This document shows, piece by piece, positions 45,010 through 54,575 of a stretch of 57,285 nucleotides of DNA (position 1 is the first letter of the stretch; each line of letters begins with the position of its first letter). The stretch spans positions 1 to 57,285 of the forward strand of contig DAOVSH010000001.1 of NCBI GenBank assembly GCA_030633565.1, read 5' to 3'. The notes under the pieces were generated by a model. The model was not told where the DNA came from. It made no database searches and saw only the letters and a program-made list of their open reading frames with translations. This stretch comes from Candidatus Cloacimonadota bacterium. GTDB lineage: Bacteria; Hydrothermota; E44-bin80. Position numbers and translations under genes: made by a program.

Positions 45010-46326
45010 TTGATGAAGCATTTATTGATTTTATTATGGGTTGTTGTTATATTGTCAGTAACTTCTTTGCTTGATGCTGAAAAGATGGCTTATGTTATAA
45101 ACGGTCTTGGTGAGACTCTTTCGAAAATAAACCTTGAGACAGGGGAAGTATCTAATGACATATTGGCACTGGGTATATCACCCAACCATATCGTTATTAG
45201 AGACAATTCTGCATATGTTGTGAATTCCCTCTCGCATACTCTTCAGATAATAGATATTGAAAAAGATTCAACAGTAAAGACCATAGAGCTTAATTCTGGA
45301 AATCCGATGAGAATGGCATTTTTGAATGACAATACTATTTATACCACAAACTTTGATTCAGCGAGTGTGTATGAAATCAATCTGAATACTTATTCTATTG
45401 TTGATACTATTAAGGTGGGACTATCGCCAACAGGTATTCTGTGTGTTGATAACAGGCTTTATGTGACTAATACGGGTTATGACCCAGTAGGTTGGACATA
45501 CGGACAGGGTACGGTATATGTTATTGATACTGAAAGCAATTCTGTAACTGACTCTATAATGGTTGGGAAGAATCCACAAGCAATTGCCCTTGATTCTGAC
45601 GGGGAGCTCAATGTAGTTTGTACGGGTGATTGGGTCTCTATTTTCGGTACGGTCTGTTTTATTGACACACTAACTAATTCAGTACGGGATTCGATCAACA
45701 TAGGCGGTAATCCGGGAAATATAGCTATCAAATCCAACGGGATAGCCTACCTTGCAGCCGGGGGTTGGATAGATAGTGGATTTGTGTACTCCTATAGTAC
45801 AATAACAGATTCAATTCTTCACGGTTCAGCAAATCCTATTTATGCAGGGCTTGGGGTTATGGGGGTTACAGTGGATGATGAAGGATATTTATATACCTGT
45901 GACTTCTATAATTCAAGTATTACTATGTTTGATTCAACCGACAGTATTGTAAATACTTACATTGTAGGAGATGGGCCAATAGATCTTGCAATATATGAGA
46001 GTCAAGCTGGGATTGAGGAAACTTTTTATAAATCGAAGGAAAAAGTTGAATGGATAGGATATATTTCTCCTAATCCCTTCAAGAATATGATAGAGATAGA
46101 GTTAAACACCGAACTTTTATTATCTAATGAGAAAAGATATATTAGCCTTAGAATTTATGATCTATCCGGTCGATTCATAAAATCTTTAACACCTTATCCC
46201 AATTCTTTGACCTACACGTGGGATGGGACAGACAGGAGTGGTGGGAAGGTAAGGAGCGGAGTATATTTATACATGATAGAAACAGAGGATGGAGTAAAGA
46301 CAGGTAAGGTAATTTTTATAAGATAA
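45010..46326 (+). CDS. YVTN-family beta-propeller protein with a T9SS C-terminal sorting domain
   Basis: 438 aa. Signal peptide MMKHLLILLWVVVILSVTSLL. Blades with AYVVNSLSHTLQIIDI and LYVTNTGYDPVGWTYGQGTVYVID, paralogous to the preceding gene. C-terminal RIYDLSGRFIKSL...GKVRSGVYLYMIETEDGVKTGKVIFIR is a typical Por_Secre_tail. Confidence 0.6.
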   Translation: MMKHLLILLWVVVILSVTSLLDAEKMAYVINGLGETLSKINLETGEVSNDILALGISPNHIVIRDNSAYVVNSLSHTLQIIDIEKDSTVKTIELNSGNPMRMAFLNDNTIYTTNFDSASVYEINLNTYSIVDTIKVGLSPTGILCVDNRLYVTNTGYDPVGWTYGQGTVYVIDTESNSVTDSIMVGKNPQAIALDSDGELNVVCTGDWVSIFGTVCFIDTLTNSVRDSINIGGNPGNIAIKSNGIAYLAAGGWIDSGFVYSYSTITDSILHGSANPIYAGLGVMGVTVDDEGYLYTCDFYNSSITMFDSTDSIVNTYIVGDGPIDLAIYESQAGIEETFYKSKEKVEWIGYISPNPFKNMIEIELNTELLLSNEKRYISLRIYDLSGRFIKSLTPYPNSLTYTWDGTDRSGGKVRSGVYLYMIETEDGVKTGKVIFIR

Positions 46327-46333
46327 AGAGTTT

Positions 46334-47617
46334 TTACTTTGCTCTAATTCTCATTATGTCATTATAAAAGATGAAAGCAATTGCAATTAGAAGGATTGCG
46401 AAACCAATCTGTTGAATAAGAGCATACTGTTTTTCTGATGGTCTTTTTCTTGTCAATTTCTCAATTCCAAAAATAAGGATGTGGCCACCATCTAATGGAG
46501 GAAATGGGATCAGGTTAAATATAAATAGGTTAATTGAGAGAAGTGCCATGAATCCAAGGTAAAACTCCAGTCCCCAGCGCGCTGATTCACCAGCCAATTG
46601 AAATATTGCTATGGGACCTCCAAGATTTTTGGGAGAAATCTGCCTTCTAAACAGCATTACTATTACTGAAATTATTAATTTTGTGCCGTCTGCCGTTCTA
46701 TAAAAACTTTCTTTTAGAGAGCCAATGAACCCGAATCGCAACTTCTCTGTGTCTGCAACAATCCCGAGCATGCCGACTTCCTTCATTTCTCCATCTTCTT
46801 GAATTTTCTTTTTTAAGGGAATAGCTGTTCCTTTCACTACCATTCCGTCTCTTATCCATTCGATGTTTATTTCTGTTTCAGGATTTGCCCTTACAACTAA
46901 TCTCATATCCTCAAAACTTCTTATGTTCTTTCCATTAACTGAGATCACCCTATCGCCCTTTTTAAGCCCGGCTTTATACGCAGGGCTGCCTTTTTCAATG
47001 ATACCAATAATAGGTTCTATCATGGGGATAAAAGGAAAATTCCCTTCTTTTTCGTATGCAATTCGGAGATTAAAAAGACTATCATCCCTTTTAATGATAA
47101 ATTTTAGTGAATCTGGATTTTGCTCTAAAATAGTTGAAATTTCATACCAGTTATTAACAGATCGATTGTTTAGACTAATTATCTTATCCCCTTTATTTCC
47201 TCTTTCTTCTAACAATGGATAATTATAGACTGACTCTATTGAAGTTCCTGGTGTAATATCGACTCCAAAGGAAATAACTGAGAAGAAGTATATTAAAAAC
47301 GCAAGTATTAGATTTAACAAAGGTCCCGCAAGAACAACGAATGTTCTCGCAAGGATAGATTTTGAGAAGAATTCATCTTTATCACCCTTTATATCACCTG
47401 GATCCATTCCTTTCATTTTTACATATCCACCAAAAGGAATAATGGAAAGGACATATTCGGTTCCTCGAAAACGAAAACCGAATAGTTTCGGTCCAAGACC
47501 GATTGAAAACCGAATGACACAAATACCAGTGAGTTTTGCCGCCATGAAATGACCAAATTCATGGCTTATTACCATTACAGTAAAAAGAATCAGTCCAGCT
47601 ATCATTGTCAAAATCAT
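46334..47617 (-). CDS. rseP: RIP metalloprotease RseP (site-2 protease, M50 family)
   Basis: 427 aa. HEFGH zinc motif in TM1, PDZ domain, and the LDGG motif (PFPPLDGGHIL). Confidence 0.85.
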   Translation of the reverse strand: MILTMIAGLILFTVMVISHEFGHFMAAKLTGICVIRFSIGLGPKLFGFRFRGTEYVLSIIPFGGYVKMKGMDPGDIKGDKDEFFSKSILARTFVVLAGPLLNLILAFLIYFFSVISFGVDITPGTSIESVYNYPLLEERGNKGDKIISLNNRSVNNWYEISTILEQNPDSLKFIIKRDDSLFNLRIAYEKEGNFPFIPMIEPIIGIIEKGSPAYKAGLKKGDRVISVNGKNIRSFEDMRLVVRANPETEINIEWIRDGMVVKGTAIPLKKKIQEDGEMKEVGMLGIVADTEKLRFGFIGSLKESFYRTADGTKLIISVIVMLFRRQISPKNLGGPIAIFQLAGESARWGLEFYLGFMALLSINLFIFNLIPFPPLDGGHILIFGIEKLTRKRPSEKQYALIQQIGFAILLIAIAFIFYNDIMRIRAK

Positions 47618-47795
47618 ATTTTTTAGATTTGCTGTGCTACAGTAACTTCGTTTACTCCGTTTCGATCGTTAAAATCATTACTGATGTTTTAATCGTTAAT
47701 TGCGTTTGCCTGGTTTTACTTTTCACTTTTAACTTTTTACTTTTAACTTGACTAACATCTTACATCCCATAGTTTTTTGCTTGCGTTTTCTGCAC

Positions 47796-48941
47796 CTATT
47801 TCTTTAACAACTGTTCTGCTTCTCTTTTTGCCCACTCTTCAGCCTCCTTAATCTCATCTATTTTTGCATTTTTAATAGGTGTATGTTTTTCTATAACTAA
47901 CTGAATGATTTCAGTTATTTTATCTAACGATATTTTTTGTTTTAAGAATGATTCAACAAGAAATTCATTTGATGAATTTAGTACAGCAGTTGTTGTTCCG
48001 CCTTTTTCAATTGAACGATATGCTAAAGAAATAGCAGGAAAACGTGAAGGAGGAGCTGATTCAAACGTAAGTGTTGATATTTCTGAAAGATCAAGGGCTT
48101 TTGTTATTGATTGTTTTCTCTCAGGATATGTTAGGGCATACTGTATTGGTAGTGTCATGTCAGGGTTGGAGAGTTGGGCTATAATTGAGTTATCAACAAA
48201 TTCAACTGCTGAATGAATGATGCACTGTGGATGAATAACAACAGTAATTCTTTCTGCAGGTATGGAAAACAAAAAATGTGCTTCTATAATTTCCAGAGCT
48301 TTATTCATCATAGTTGCTGAATCAACGGAGATCTTCTTTCCCATTCGCCACACAGGGTGATTCAGTGTCTCTTCTATCGTTACATCATGGAGGTCTTTTC
48401 TTTTCCTGAAAGGACCACCTGATGATGTTAGGATTATTCGCTTTATGTCTATTGTTTCTCTACCATTAATACACTGAAAGATTGCAGAATGTTCACTATC
48501 TACTGGAATTATCTCGGATTTATTTTTCTTTACTTCATCCATTATTATATTCCCATATGAAACAAGCGTCTCTTTATTTGCAAGTGCTATCCTCTTTCCT
48601 TTCTTTATTGCTGCGAGTGTTGGATTGAAACCTGCAGAACCAATAATTCCATTGAGAATTAAATCTACTTCTTCCATTTCGGCAATTTTACAGAGATCTT
48701 CTTTTCCAGAAAGAATTTTTATTCCTGATCCCTGCAATTTATTTCTAAGTAGGGGAACCTTATCCTTATTTCCAATATTTATTACTTTTGGATGAAATTG
48801 TAATGCTTGTTGAGCAAGATGTTCAGCGTTGCTCTCGCAAGAAAGAGCAACAATCGTGAATTCATCACCGAGATTTTTTATAACCCGCAAGGCGTTTTTT
48901 CCAATGGAACCAGTTGATCCAAGAACTACAATTCGTTTCAT
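47796..48941 (-). CDS. dxr: 1-deoxy-D-xylulose 5-phosphate reductoisomerase
   Basis: The start is chosen at MKRIVVLGSTGSIGKNAL (48941); the ORF track extends it by 42 aa. Conserved Dxr core (LANKETLV, NPDM) and C-terminal helical domain. Confidence 0.85.
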   Translation of the reverse strand: MKRIVVLGSTGSIGKNALRVIKNLGDEFTIVALSCESNAEHLAQQALQFHPKVINIGNKDKVPLLRNKLQGSGIKILSGKEDLCKIAEMEEVDLILNGIIGSAGFNPTLAAIKKGKRIALANKETLVSYGNIIMDEVKKNKSEIIPVDSEHSAIFQCINGRETIDIKRIILTSSGGPFRKRKDLHDVTIEETLNHPVWRMGKKISVDSATMMNKALEIIEAHFLFSIPAERITVVIHPQCIIHSAVEFVDNSIIAQLSNPDMTLPIQYALTYPERKQSITKALDLSEISTLTFESAPPSRFPAISLAYRSIEKGGTTTAVLNSSNEFLVESFLKQKISLDKITEIIQLVIEKHTPIKNAKIDEIKEAEEWAKREAEQLLKK

Positions 48942-48942
48942 T

Positions 48943-49791
48943 TTATCTTTCTGCAAAAAACCTGAGAAAATAGTATACAAAGGGGGCAACAAAAAGGATA
49001 CTATCAAATCTGTCAAGGATTCCACCATGACCTGGAATGTAAAGAGCAGAATCCTTGATTTTTGCATCGCGTTTGATAAGGGATTCTACTAAGTCCCCAG
49101 CCTGAGCTAAACCTGAACCTATAAGAGCGAGAATAATTACATCAAAATTTGTTAAGTAGGTTAATCTAAATAATTGCTGGTATGCAAATAAAAAGCAAAG
49201 AGATAAAAGAAAACCACCTATTGCTCCTTCCCATGTCTTTGATGGACTAACTCTTTCTAATAGTTTCCGTTTTCCGAACTTTTTACCAATAAAAAATGCT
49301 CCTGTATCATAACCCCATCCTATAAAAAATGGAATAAGCACGTATGTTGCCCCAATACTATACTCTCTTCCTGTAATAGTTGGTAATTCACGTAGGGAGA
49401 TGAGGTGACTTAATAGCCAGGAAATATAGAGAATCCCAAATATTGTTGTAGCAATATGATTGATTGCCCTGTCTTGTTCTTTTCTAAAAAGTTCTGAAAT
49501 TGAAAGCATAATAATAAGCGTGGTAAATGTAAAGTATGTGAAAACATAACTCTGGAAGTATGCTGTAAGACAAAGAATTATGGCAGCAGTAATCCCGATC
49601 TTCTTATAAGGTTGCATCTTCTTTGCCCGGAGAATATCATAGAACTCAAATGCTCCTAAGAAGATGCCAAGCTCTATTAGGATAAGAAAATATACCCCTC
49701 CTTTATATATAATAAAAATTAAAGCTGGGATAAAGAGAAATGCAGTAATTAATCTGTAAACTATATTCGTCTTTTTAACCATCGATTCCAC
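48943..49791 (-). CDS. cdsA: Phosphatidate cytidylyltransferase
   Basis: 282 aa, multi-TM. C-terminal signature region YIPGHGGILDRFDS. Confidence 0.8.
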   Translation of the reverse strand: MESMVKKTNIVYRLITAFLFIPALIFIIYKGGVYFLILIELGIFLGAFEFYDILRAKKMQPYKKIGITAAIILCLTAYFQSYVFTYFTFTTLIIMLSISELFRKEQDRAINHIATTIFGILYISWLLSHLISLRELPTITGREYSIGATYVLIPFFIGWGYDTGAFFIGKKFGKRKLLERVSPSKTWEGAIGGFLLSLCFLFAYQQLFRLTYLTNFDVIILALIGSGLAQAGDLVESLIKRDAKIKDSALYIPGHGGILDRFDSILFVAPFVYYFLRFFAER

Positions 49792-50518
49792 CGAATTTTC
49801 GTTTTCTCAACTGGTAATGAAGAATTGCCTTAATAAGATGCCTTTTTCTAAAATCAGGCCAAAGAGTTTTTGTTATCCATAATTCACTGTAAGCTGCCTC
49901 CCATATAAGAAAATTTGATAATCTGACTTCACCGCTTGTTCTAATGATAAGATCAGGATATGGAAGTTCTCTATCGTAGAGAAAATTTTGAAAGGTTTCA
50001 ACATTTATTTTTTCTTTCTTATATTTGTTCAAATCCTCTATAATTTTATTAACAGCATCAACTATTTCCTGTCTTCCACCATAATTTAATGCTAATACAA
50101 GGACTAAACCACTGTTCTCAGATGTTAGCTTAATGGAATTTGATATCGCTTTTCTTACATTCAATGGAAGTTTCTCAATTCGACCTATTACTTTCACCTT
50201 GACATTATTTTTATGTAATTCTGGCGTCTCTGAATTGAGAAGACCTTCTAACATTTGCATAAGTGCATTTACCTCTTCTTTCGGTCTCTTCCAATTTTCT
50301 GTTGAAAATGTGTAAAGTGTGAGATATTTCACCCCTATACTCGATGCTGCCTTCACTGTTGCACGGACAGATTCAATTCCTGCATGGTGACCCATTATTC
50401 TCGGAAGACCTCTTTTATCAGCCCATCTACCATTTCCATCCATTATAATTGCAATGTGTTTTGGAAGCTTTTTGGGATCTATACTATATCGTTGAAGTAA
50501 ATTATCAATCTTCTTCAA
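49775..50518 (-). CDS. uppS: Undecaprenyl-diphosphate synthase (cis-isoprenyl transferase)
   Basis: 247 aa. HIAIIMDGNGRWA and the ELWIT...RFGGI C-terminal motifs. Confidence 0.85.
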   Translation of the reverse strand: MKKIDNLLQRYSIDPKKLPKHIAIIMDGNGRWADKRGLPRIMGHHAGIESVRATVKAASSIGVKYLTLYTFSTENWKRPKEEVNALMQMLEGLLNSETPELHKNNVKVKVIGRIEKLPLNVRKAISNSIKLTSENSGLVLVLALNYGGRQEIVDAVNKIIEDLNKYKKEKINVETFQNFLYDRELPYPDLIIRTSGEVRLSNFLIWEAAYSELWITKTLWPDFRKRHLIKAILHYQLRKRKFGGIDG

Positions 50519-50519
50519 C

Positions 50520-51080
50520 TTATATCTCCATTACCTCTTTTTCTTTTTCTTCAACAATCTTATCCATCTGTTCGGTATACTCATCAGTTATTTCTTGAAT
50601 CTCTTTTATTCCACGCTGCGCATCATCCTCCGAGAACTGGCCAGATTTTTCTCCGTTTTTAAAATCATCATTGCATTCCCTTCTAACATTTCTAATTGAA
50701 ATCTTTCCTTCCTCACCAAGTTTTTTTACAAGTTTTACAAGTTCTTTTCTTCTTTCTTCAGTTAATGGTGGGATAGGTAATCTGATCGCCTTACCATCAT
50801 TGTTAGGTGTCAATCCGAGATCAGACTGGAAGATGGCTTTTTCAATTTCAGGAAGAAGATTCTTATCCCAAGGTTGAATTAAAAGTAATCGGGCTTCAGG
50901 AACACCAATATTTGCAATCTGTTTTAACGGAACCTTTGACCCGTAACATACAACTTTTATACCCTCAACAAGTGCGGTTGTTGCTTTCCCGGTTCTTATT
51001 CTTACAATTTCATTAGTAACAGAATCAATACTCTTTTTCATTTTCTCACGAGCCTTTTCCTCAATCTCTTTTGTGTTCAT
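50520..51080 (-). CDS. frr: Ribosome recycling factor
   Basis: 186 aa with the characteristic RRF sequence (VRTGKATTALVEGIKVVCYGSKVPLKQIANI...NVRRE). Confidence 0.9.
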   Translation of the reverse strand: MNTKEIEEKAREKMKKSIDSVTNEIVRIRTGKATTALVEGIKVVCYGSKVPLKQIANIGVPEARLLLIQPWDKNLLPEIEKAIFQSDLGLTPNNDGKAIRLPIPPLTEERRKELVKLVKKLGEEGKISIRNVRRECNDDFKNGEKSGQFSEDDAQRGIKEIQEITDEYTEQMDKIVEEKEKEVMEI

Positions 51081-51098
51081 TATTCCTCCTTTGTATAA

Positions 51099-51821
51099 TC
51101 AGATCCTATCAGATACTATGCTTCCCAAGTTATCACCTGACAATATCCTTGAAAGAAACCCCTTTTTCAATATATTAAACACAAATATTGGTAATTTATT
51201 AATCATAGCGAGTGAGAAAGCAGTAGTATCCATGACTTCAAGACGTTGTTCGATAACATACTGATAAGTTAGTTTTTCGAAAAATTTTGCGTCTTTGAAC
51301 TTATTCGGGTCTTTATCATATACTCCTTTTACCTTTGTTCCTTTAAGGATTATTTCTGATTCGATCTCTAATGCCCTGAGAACACCAGCAGTGTCTGTTG
51401 TAAAGAATGGATTACCTGTCCCACATGCAAATATTACAATTCTTCCTTCTTCAAGGTATTCTATTGCTTTTCTCCTTATAAAGGGTTCAGCAAGTTCAAT
51501 AAAAGGTATCGCACTCATTACACTTGTCGGAATTTTAGCATTCTCAAGTGCATTCCTTAGGAGTGATGCGTTAAATAATGTAGCTAACATTCCCATATAA
51601 TCGGCAATCACACGATTAAATGAGAAATCTTTAACTGCATCTTTTCCTCTGAAAACATTTCCACCACCAATGACTATTCCAAGTTCTACATTAAGATCAT
51701 AGGCATCTATGATTTCATCCCTTAAATTGTTTAATGCAGTTTTGGAAAATCCAAATTTATTTTTTCCAGAAATTATTTGTCCACTCAATTTAAGAAGGAT
51801 TCTTTTATACTTTGAGATCAT
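51099..51821 (-). CDS. pyrH: UMP kinase
   Basis: 240 aa. KRILLKLSGQ N-terminus and GGGNVFRG, the aspartokinase-fold UMPK motifs. Confidence 0.9.
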   Translation of the reverse strand: MISKYKRILLKLSGQIISGKNKFGFSKTALNNLRDEIIDAYDLNVELGIVIGGGNVFRGKDAVKDFSFNRVIADYMGMLATLFNASLLRNALENAKIPTSVMSAIPFIELAEPFIRRKAIEYLEEGRIVIFACGTGNPFFTTDTAGVLRALEIESEIILKGTKVKGVYDKDPNKFKDAKFFEKLTYQYVIEQRLEVMDTTAFSLAMINKLPIFVFNILKKGFLSRILSGDNLGSIVSDRI

Positions 51822-51832
51822 GAAATAATCCC

Positions 51833-52432
51833 TTAAATCACCTCTCCGATTTGGAACCTTGAAAATCTTTTAATAGTTATATTTTCACCAATTTTTGATA
51901 TATAACTTTTTATATGGTCTCCAACAGTGATGTCTGAATCCTTCACAAAAGGTTGTTCTAATAAGCAAACTTCTTTGTAAAATTTGTTTAGTTTTCCTTC
52001 AACAATTTTTTCAATAATCTCTTCTGGTTTTCCTGAATCTTCTATTTGGGTTTTGTAAATGGATTTTTCTTTCTTTTGTATTTCCTTAGGAATACCTTCT
52101 CTGTTTATGGAAATCGGATTTGAAGCAGCAATTTGCATCGCAATATCTTTTGAAAGTTTCTTAAATTCATCTGTTTTTGCAACAAAGTCAGTTTCACAGT
52201 TTAGTTCAACAAGCACTCCGAGCCTTGCTCCCGGGTGAATGTAATATTGAATTATTCCTTCTTCTGTTTTTCTTAATAGTTTTGAGGCTGCTTTCGCGAT
52301 TCCTAATTTTCTTAAATGTTCAATCGCATTATCGACGTCTCCTTTTGTCGTTTCAAGCGCCTGTTTACAGTCGAGGACACCTGCACCTGTTCTTCCACGT
52401 AATTCTTTTATTTTCTCAATAGGAATATTCAT
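51833..52432 (-). CDS. tsf: Elongation factor Ts (short form)
   Basis: 199 aa. N-terminal UBA-like IKELRGRTGAGVLDCKQALETTKGDVDNAIEHLRKLG. Same gene order as the conserved rpsB-tsf-pyrH-frr block. Confidence 0.8.
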   Translation of the reverse strand: MNIPIEKIKELRGRTGAGVLDCKQALETTKGDVDNAIEHLRKLGIAKAASKLLRKTEEGIIQYYIHPGARLGVLVELNCETDFVAKTDEFKKLSKDIAMQIAASNPISINREGIPKEIQKKEKSIYKTQIEDSGKPEEIIEKIVEGKLNKFYKEVCLLEQPFVKDSDITVGDHIKSYISKIGENITIKRFSRFQIGEVI

Positions 52433-52449
52433 ATTTCTTTCTCCTTCTT

Positions 52450-53433
52450 TTATTTTCCGGATTCCTTTTTTGGCTTTTCTTTATTTTTCACATCTTTTTG
52501 CTGAGATTTTACAGGTTTCTTATGTTTAAGTTTTACAATTTTTTTTCTTTTTTCAACATCTGTTTTTTTTCTGATTACTTTTTTTGTTGTTCTTTTTATT
52601 ATTTTTGAAGGTTTTTGAACCTTTTTTGTTTCTGTTTCTTTCTTATGGATTATCTTTTTTCCTTCCTTTTTTTCTTCCTTTTTTTCTTTCTCAGCTTTTT
52701 CGGCTTTCTCTGATTCGGCTAGTAGTGTACCATCGATTACCGCCTGGCCAATAATTGATGTGATTAACTTTATTGATCTAATTGCATCATCATTTGCAGG
52801 GATTGGGAAATTTATTAAATCAGGATCTGTGTTTGTATCTACAATTGCAATTACTGGGATTCCAAGAATATTAGCTTCATGTACAGCAATATATTCTCTT
52901 TTTATGTCTATCACATACAAAATGTCTGGAAGAGATTTCATTGTTTTCACACCACCAAGGATTCTTTCCATCTTTTCCATTTTTCTTGTTAGTGAGAGCG
53001 CTTCTTTTTTTGGCAAAGTATCTAAAATTCCATCCTTTTTCTTATTGTCATATTCTATTAATTTATCAATTGTTTTTCTGATTGTTCTGAAATTTGTCAG
53101 CATCCCTCCTAACCATCGTTCGCAGATATAAAATGAACCACATTTTATTGATTCTTCCCTTACAATATCTTGAGATTGTCTTTTTGTTCCTATAAAAAGG
53201 ATAGATTTGGAATTTCTGACATATTCGACAACTTCACTGTATGCTTTTTCAAGCATTTTAACTGTTTTTTGGAGATCAATTATGTAAATACCATTCTTTT
53301 CTCCAAAAATGAATTTCTTCATTTTTGGATTCCACCTACTCACCTTGTGTCCAAAATGAGCACCAGCTTCAAGTAAATCTTTCATTGTTACCAAAGGAAA
53401 CCCCCTTAATGTTTTATCCTCCATTCTCCTCAT
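52450..53433 (-). CDS. rpsB: 30S ribosomal protein S2 with a ~90-aa Lys/Glu-rich C-terminal extension
   Basis: MKDLLEAGAHFGHKVSRWNPKM core and the rest of the S2 fold through about residue 235. Then AEKAEKEKKEEKKEGKK...KEKPKKESGK. The exact start is uncertain; the ORF track begins 17 aa before MKDLL. Confidence 0.85.
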   Translation of the reverse strand: MRRMEDKTLRGFPLVTMKDLLEAGAHFGHKVSRWNPKMKKFIFGEKNGIYIIDLQKTVKMLEKAYSEVVEYVRNSKSILFIGTKRQSQDIVREESIKCGSFYICERWLGGMLTNFRTIRKTIDKLIEYDNKKKDGILDTLPKKEALSLTRKMEKMERILGGVKTMKSLPDILYVIDIKREYIAVHEANILGIPVIAIVDTNTDPDLINFPIPANDDAIRSIKLITSIIGQAVIDGTLLAESEKAEKAEKEKKEEKKEGKKIIHKKETETKKVQKPSKIIKRTTKKVIRKKTDVEKRKKIVKLKHKKPVKSQQKDVKNKEKPKKESGK

Positions 53434-53491
53434 TTCAGGGAAGAGCCCGGGTAGGGAACCTCTTCTGATCAGAGAATGTGTGTAATTTGAT

Positions 53492-53884
53492 TTAACGTTT
53501 AGAGAATTGGAATCTCTTTCTTGCTTTTACTCTTCCATATTTTTTTCTTTCAACTTCTCTTGAATCCCTTGTCAAAAGCCCAGCTGATCTTAGTGTTCTT
53601 CTGAACTCCTCGTTACTTTTAAGCAATGCTCTTGCTATCCCGAGCATTAAAGCACTTGCCTGTCCACTCTTACCGCCACCTTTTACTTTTGCTATAACAT
53701 CTATTTTACCAAGTGTATCAGTAACTGCAAAGGGTTTGACAACGAGTGTTTCGAGGTCGGGTCTATAGAAATACTTTTGTATGAATTGTCCGTTAACGAT
53801 AATTTTACCTTTTCCTTCAAATATTCTAACTTTGGCTACTGCTTCCTTTCTTGAACCAGTTGCATAAAAAATATTTTTTTGCAA
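53492..53884 (-). CDS. rpsI: 30S ribosomal protein S9
   Basis: 130 aa, ending in the conserved KYGRVKARKRFQFSKR. Confidence 0.9.
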   Translation of the reverse strand: MQKNIFYATGSRKEAVAKVRIFEGKGKIIVNGQFIQKYFYRPDLETLVVKPFAVTDTLGKIDVIAKVKGGGKSGQASALMLGIARALLKSNEEFRRTLRSAGLLTRDSREVERKKYGRVKARKRFQFSKR

Positions 53885-53925
53885 GCTTTCCCTCCCTACA
53901 TTAGTTATTGAGTTATTGCTTTAAA

Positions 53926-54354
53926 TTACATATCCAATGGCTTTGGATTTTGAGAATTATGAGGCTGTTTACTGTCTTTGTAGACCTTCAATCTTTTCAG
54001 CATTCTTGCTGCAAGCTTATTCTTTGGCAACATTCCTTTAACAGCTAATGTAATAACCCTTTCGGGATGTTTAACTAACATTTCTTTGGCAGTTATTTCC
54101 TTTAACCCACCTATGTAACCCGAGTACCTGTAGTACATTTTCTGTTCTTTCTTCTGTCCTGAGAGGAAAATATCTTTTGCGTTTATAACTACAATGAAGT
54201 CTCCATTGTCAACATGTGGGGTGTAAGATGGTTTATCTTTCCCAGATAACATTGTAGCGATTTTTGTCGCTAATCTTCCAAGAGTTTTTCCCTTTGCATC
54301 AACTAAATACCATTTTCTCTCTACATCCTCTTTTCTTAAAGAAAGAGTTTTCAT
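53926..54354 (-). CDS. rplM: 50S ribosomal protein L13
   Basis: 142 aa. [20 protein letters not shown] and the rest of the L13 pattern. Upstream of rpsI as in the conserved rplM-rpsI operon. Confidence 0.9.
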   Translation of the reverse strand: MKTLSLRKEDVERKWYLVDAKGKTLGRLATKIATMLSGKDKPSYTPHVDNGDFIVVINAKDIFLSGQKKEQKMYYRYSGYIGGLKEITAKEMLVKHPERVITLAVKGMLPKNKLAARMLKRLKVYKDSKQPHNSQNPKPLDM

Positions 54355-54575
54355 TAATAACCTCCTACAAATACATCATTTTGTTAATCAGATACAGGCA
54401 TATTTTCAAAGTACAAATGCTAATACTATCATATTTTACCTAATTTGTCAAGTATTTTGAAAATTTTAATTTTTATCATTGAATTACACCATACACAGGC
54501 AAATTGTAGTTATAATGTTAATATTAAATTAATGTGGACTTATGGGATACAAAAAAATACTATAAATGTATTTAT

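Noticed and set aside
47715-47760. ttttaactt-type direct repeats between rseP and dxr as possible DnaA boxes or an origin
   Set aside because: No TTATCCACA-like boxes and no dnaA or dnaN nearby. Ordinary AT-rich low complexity.
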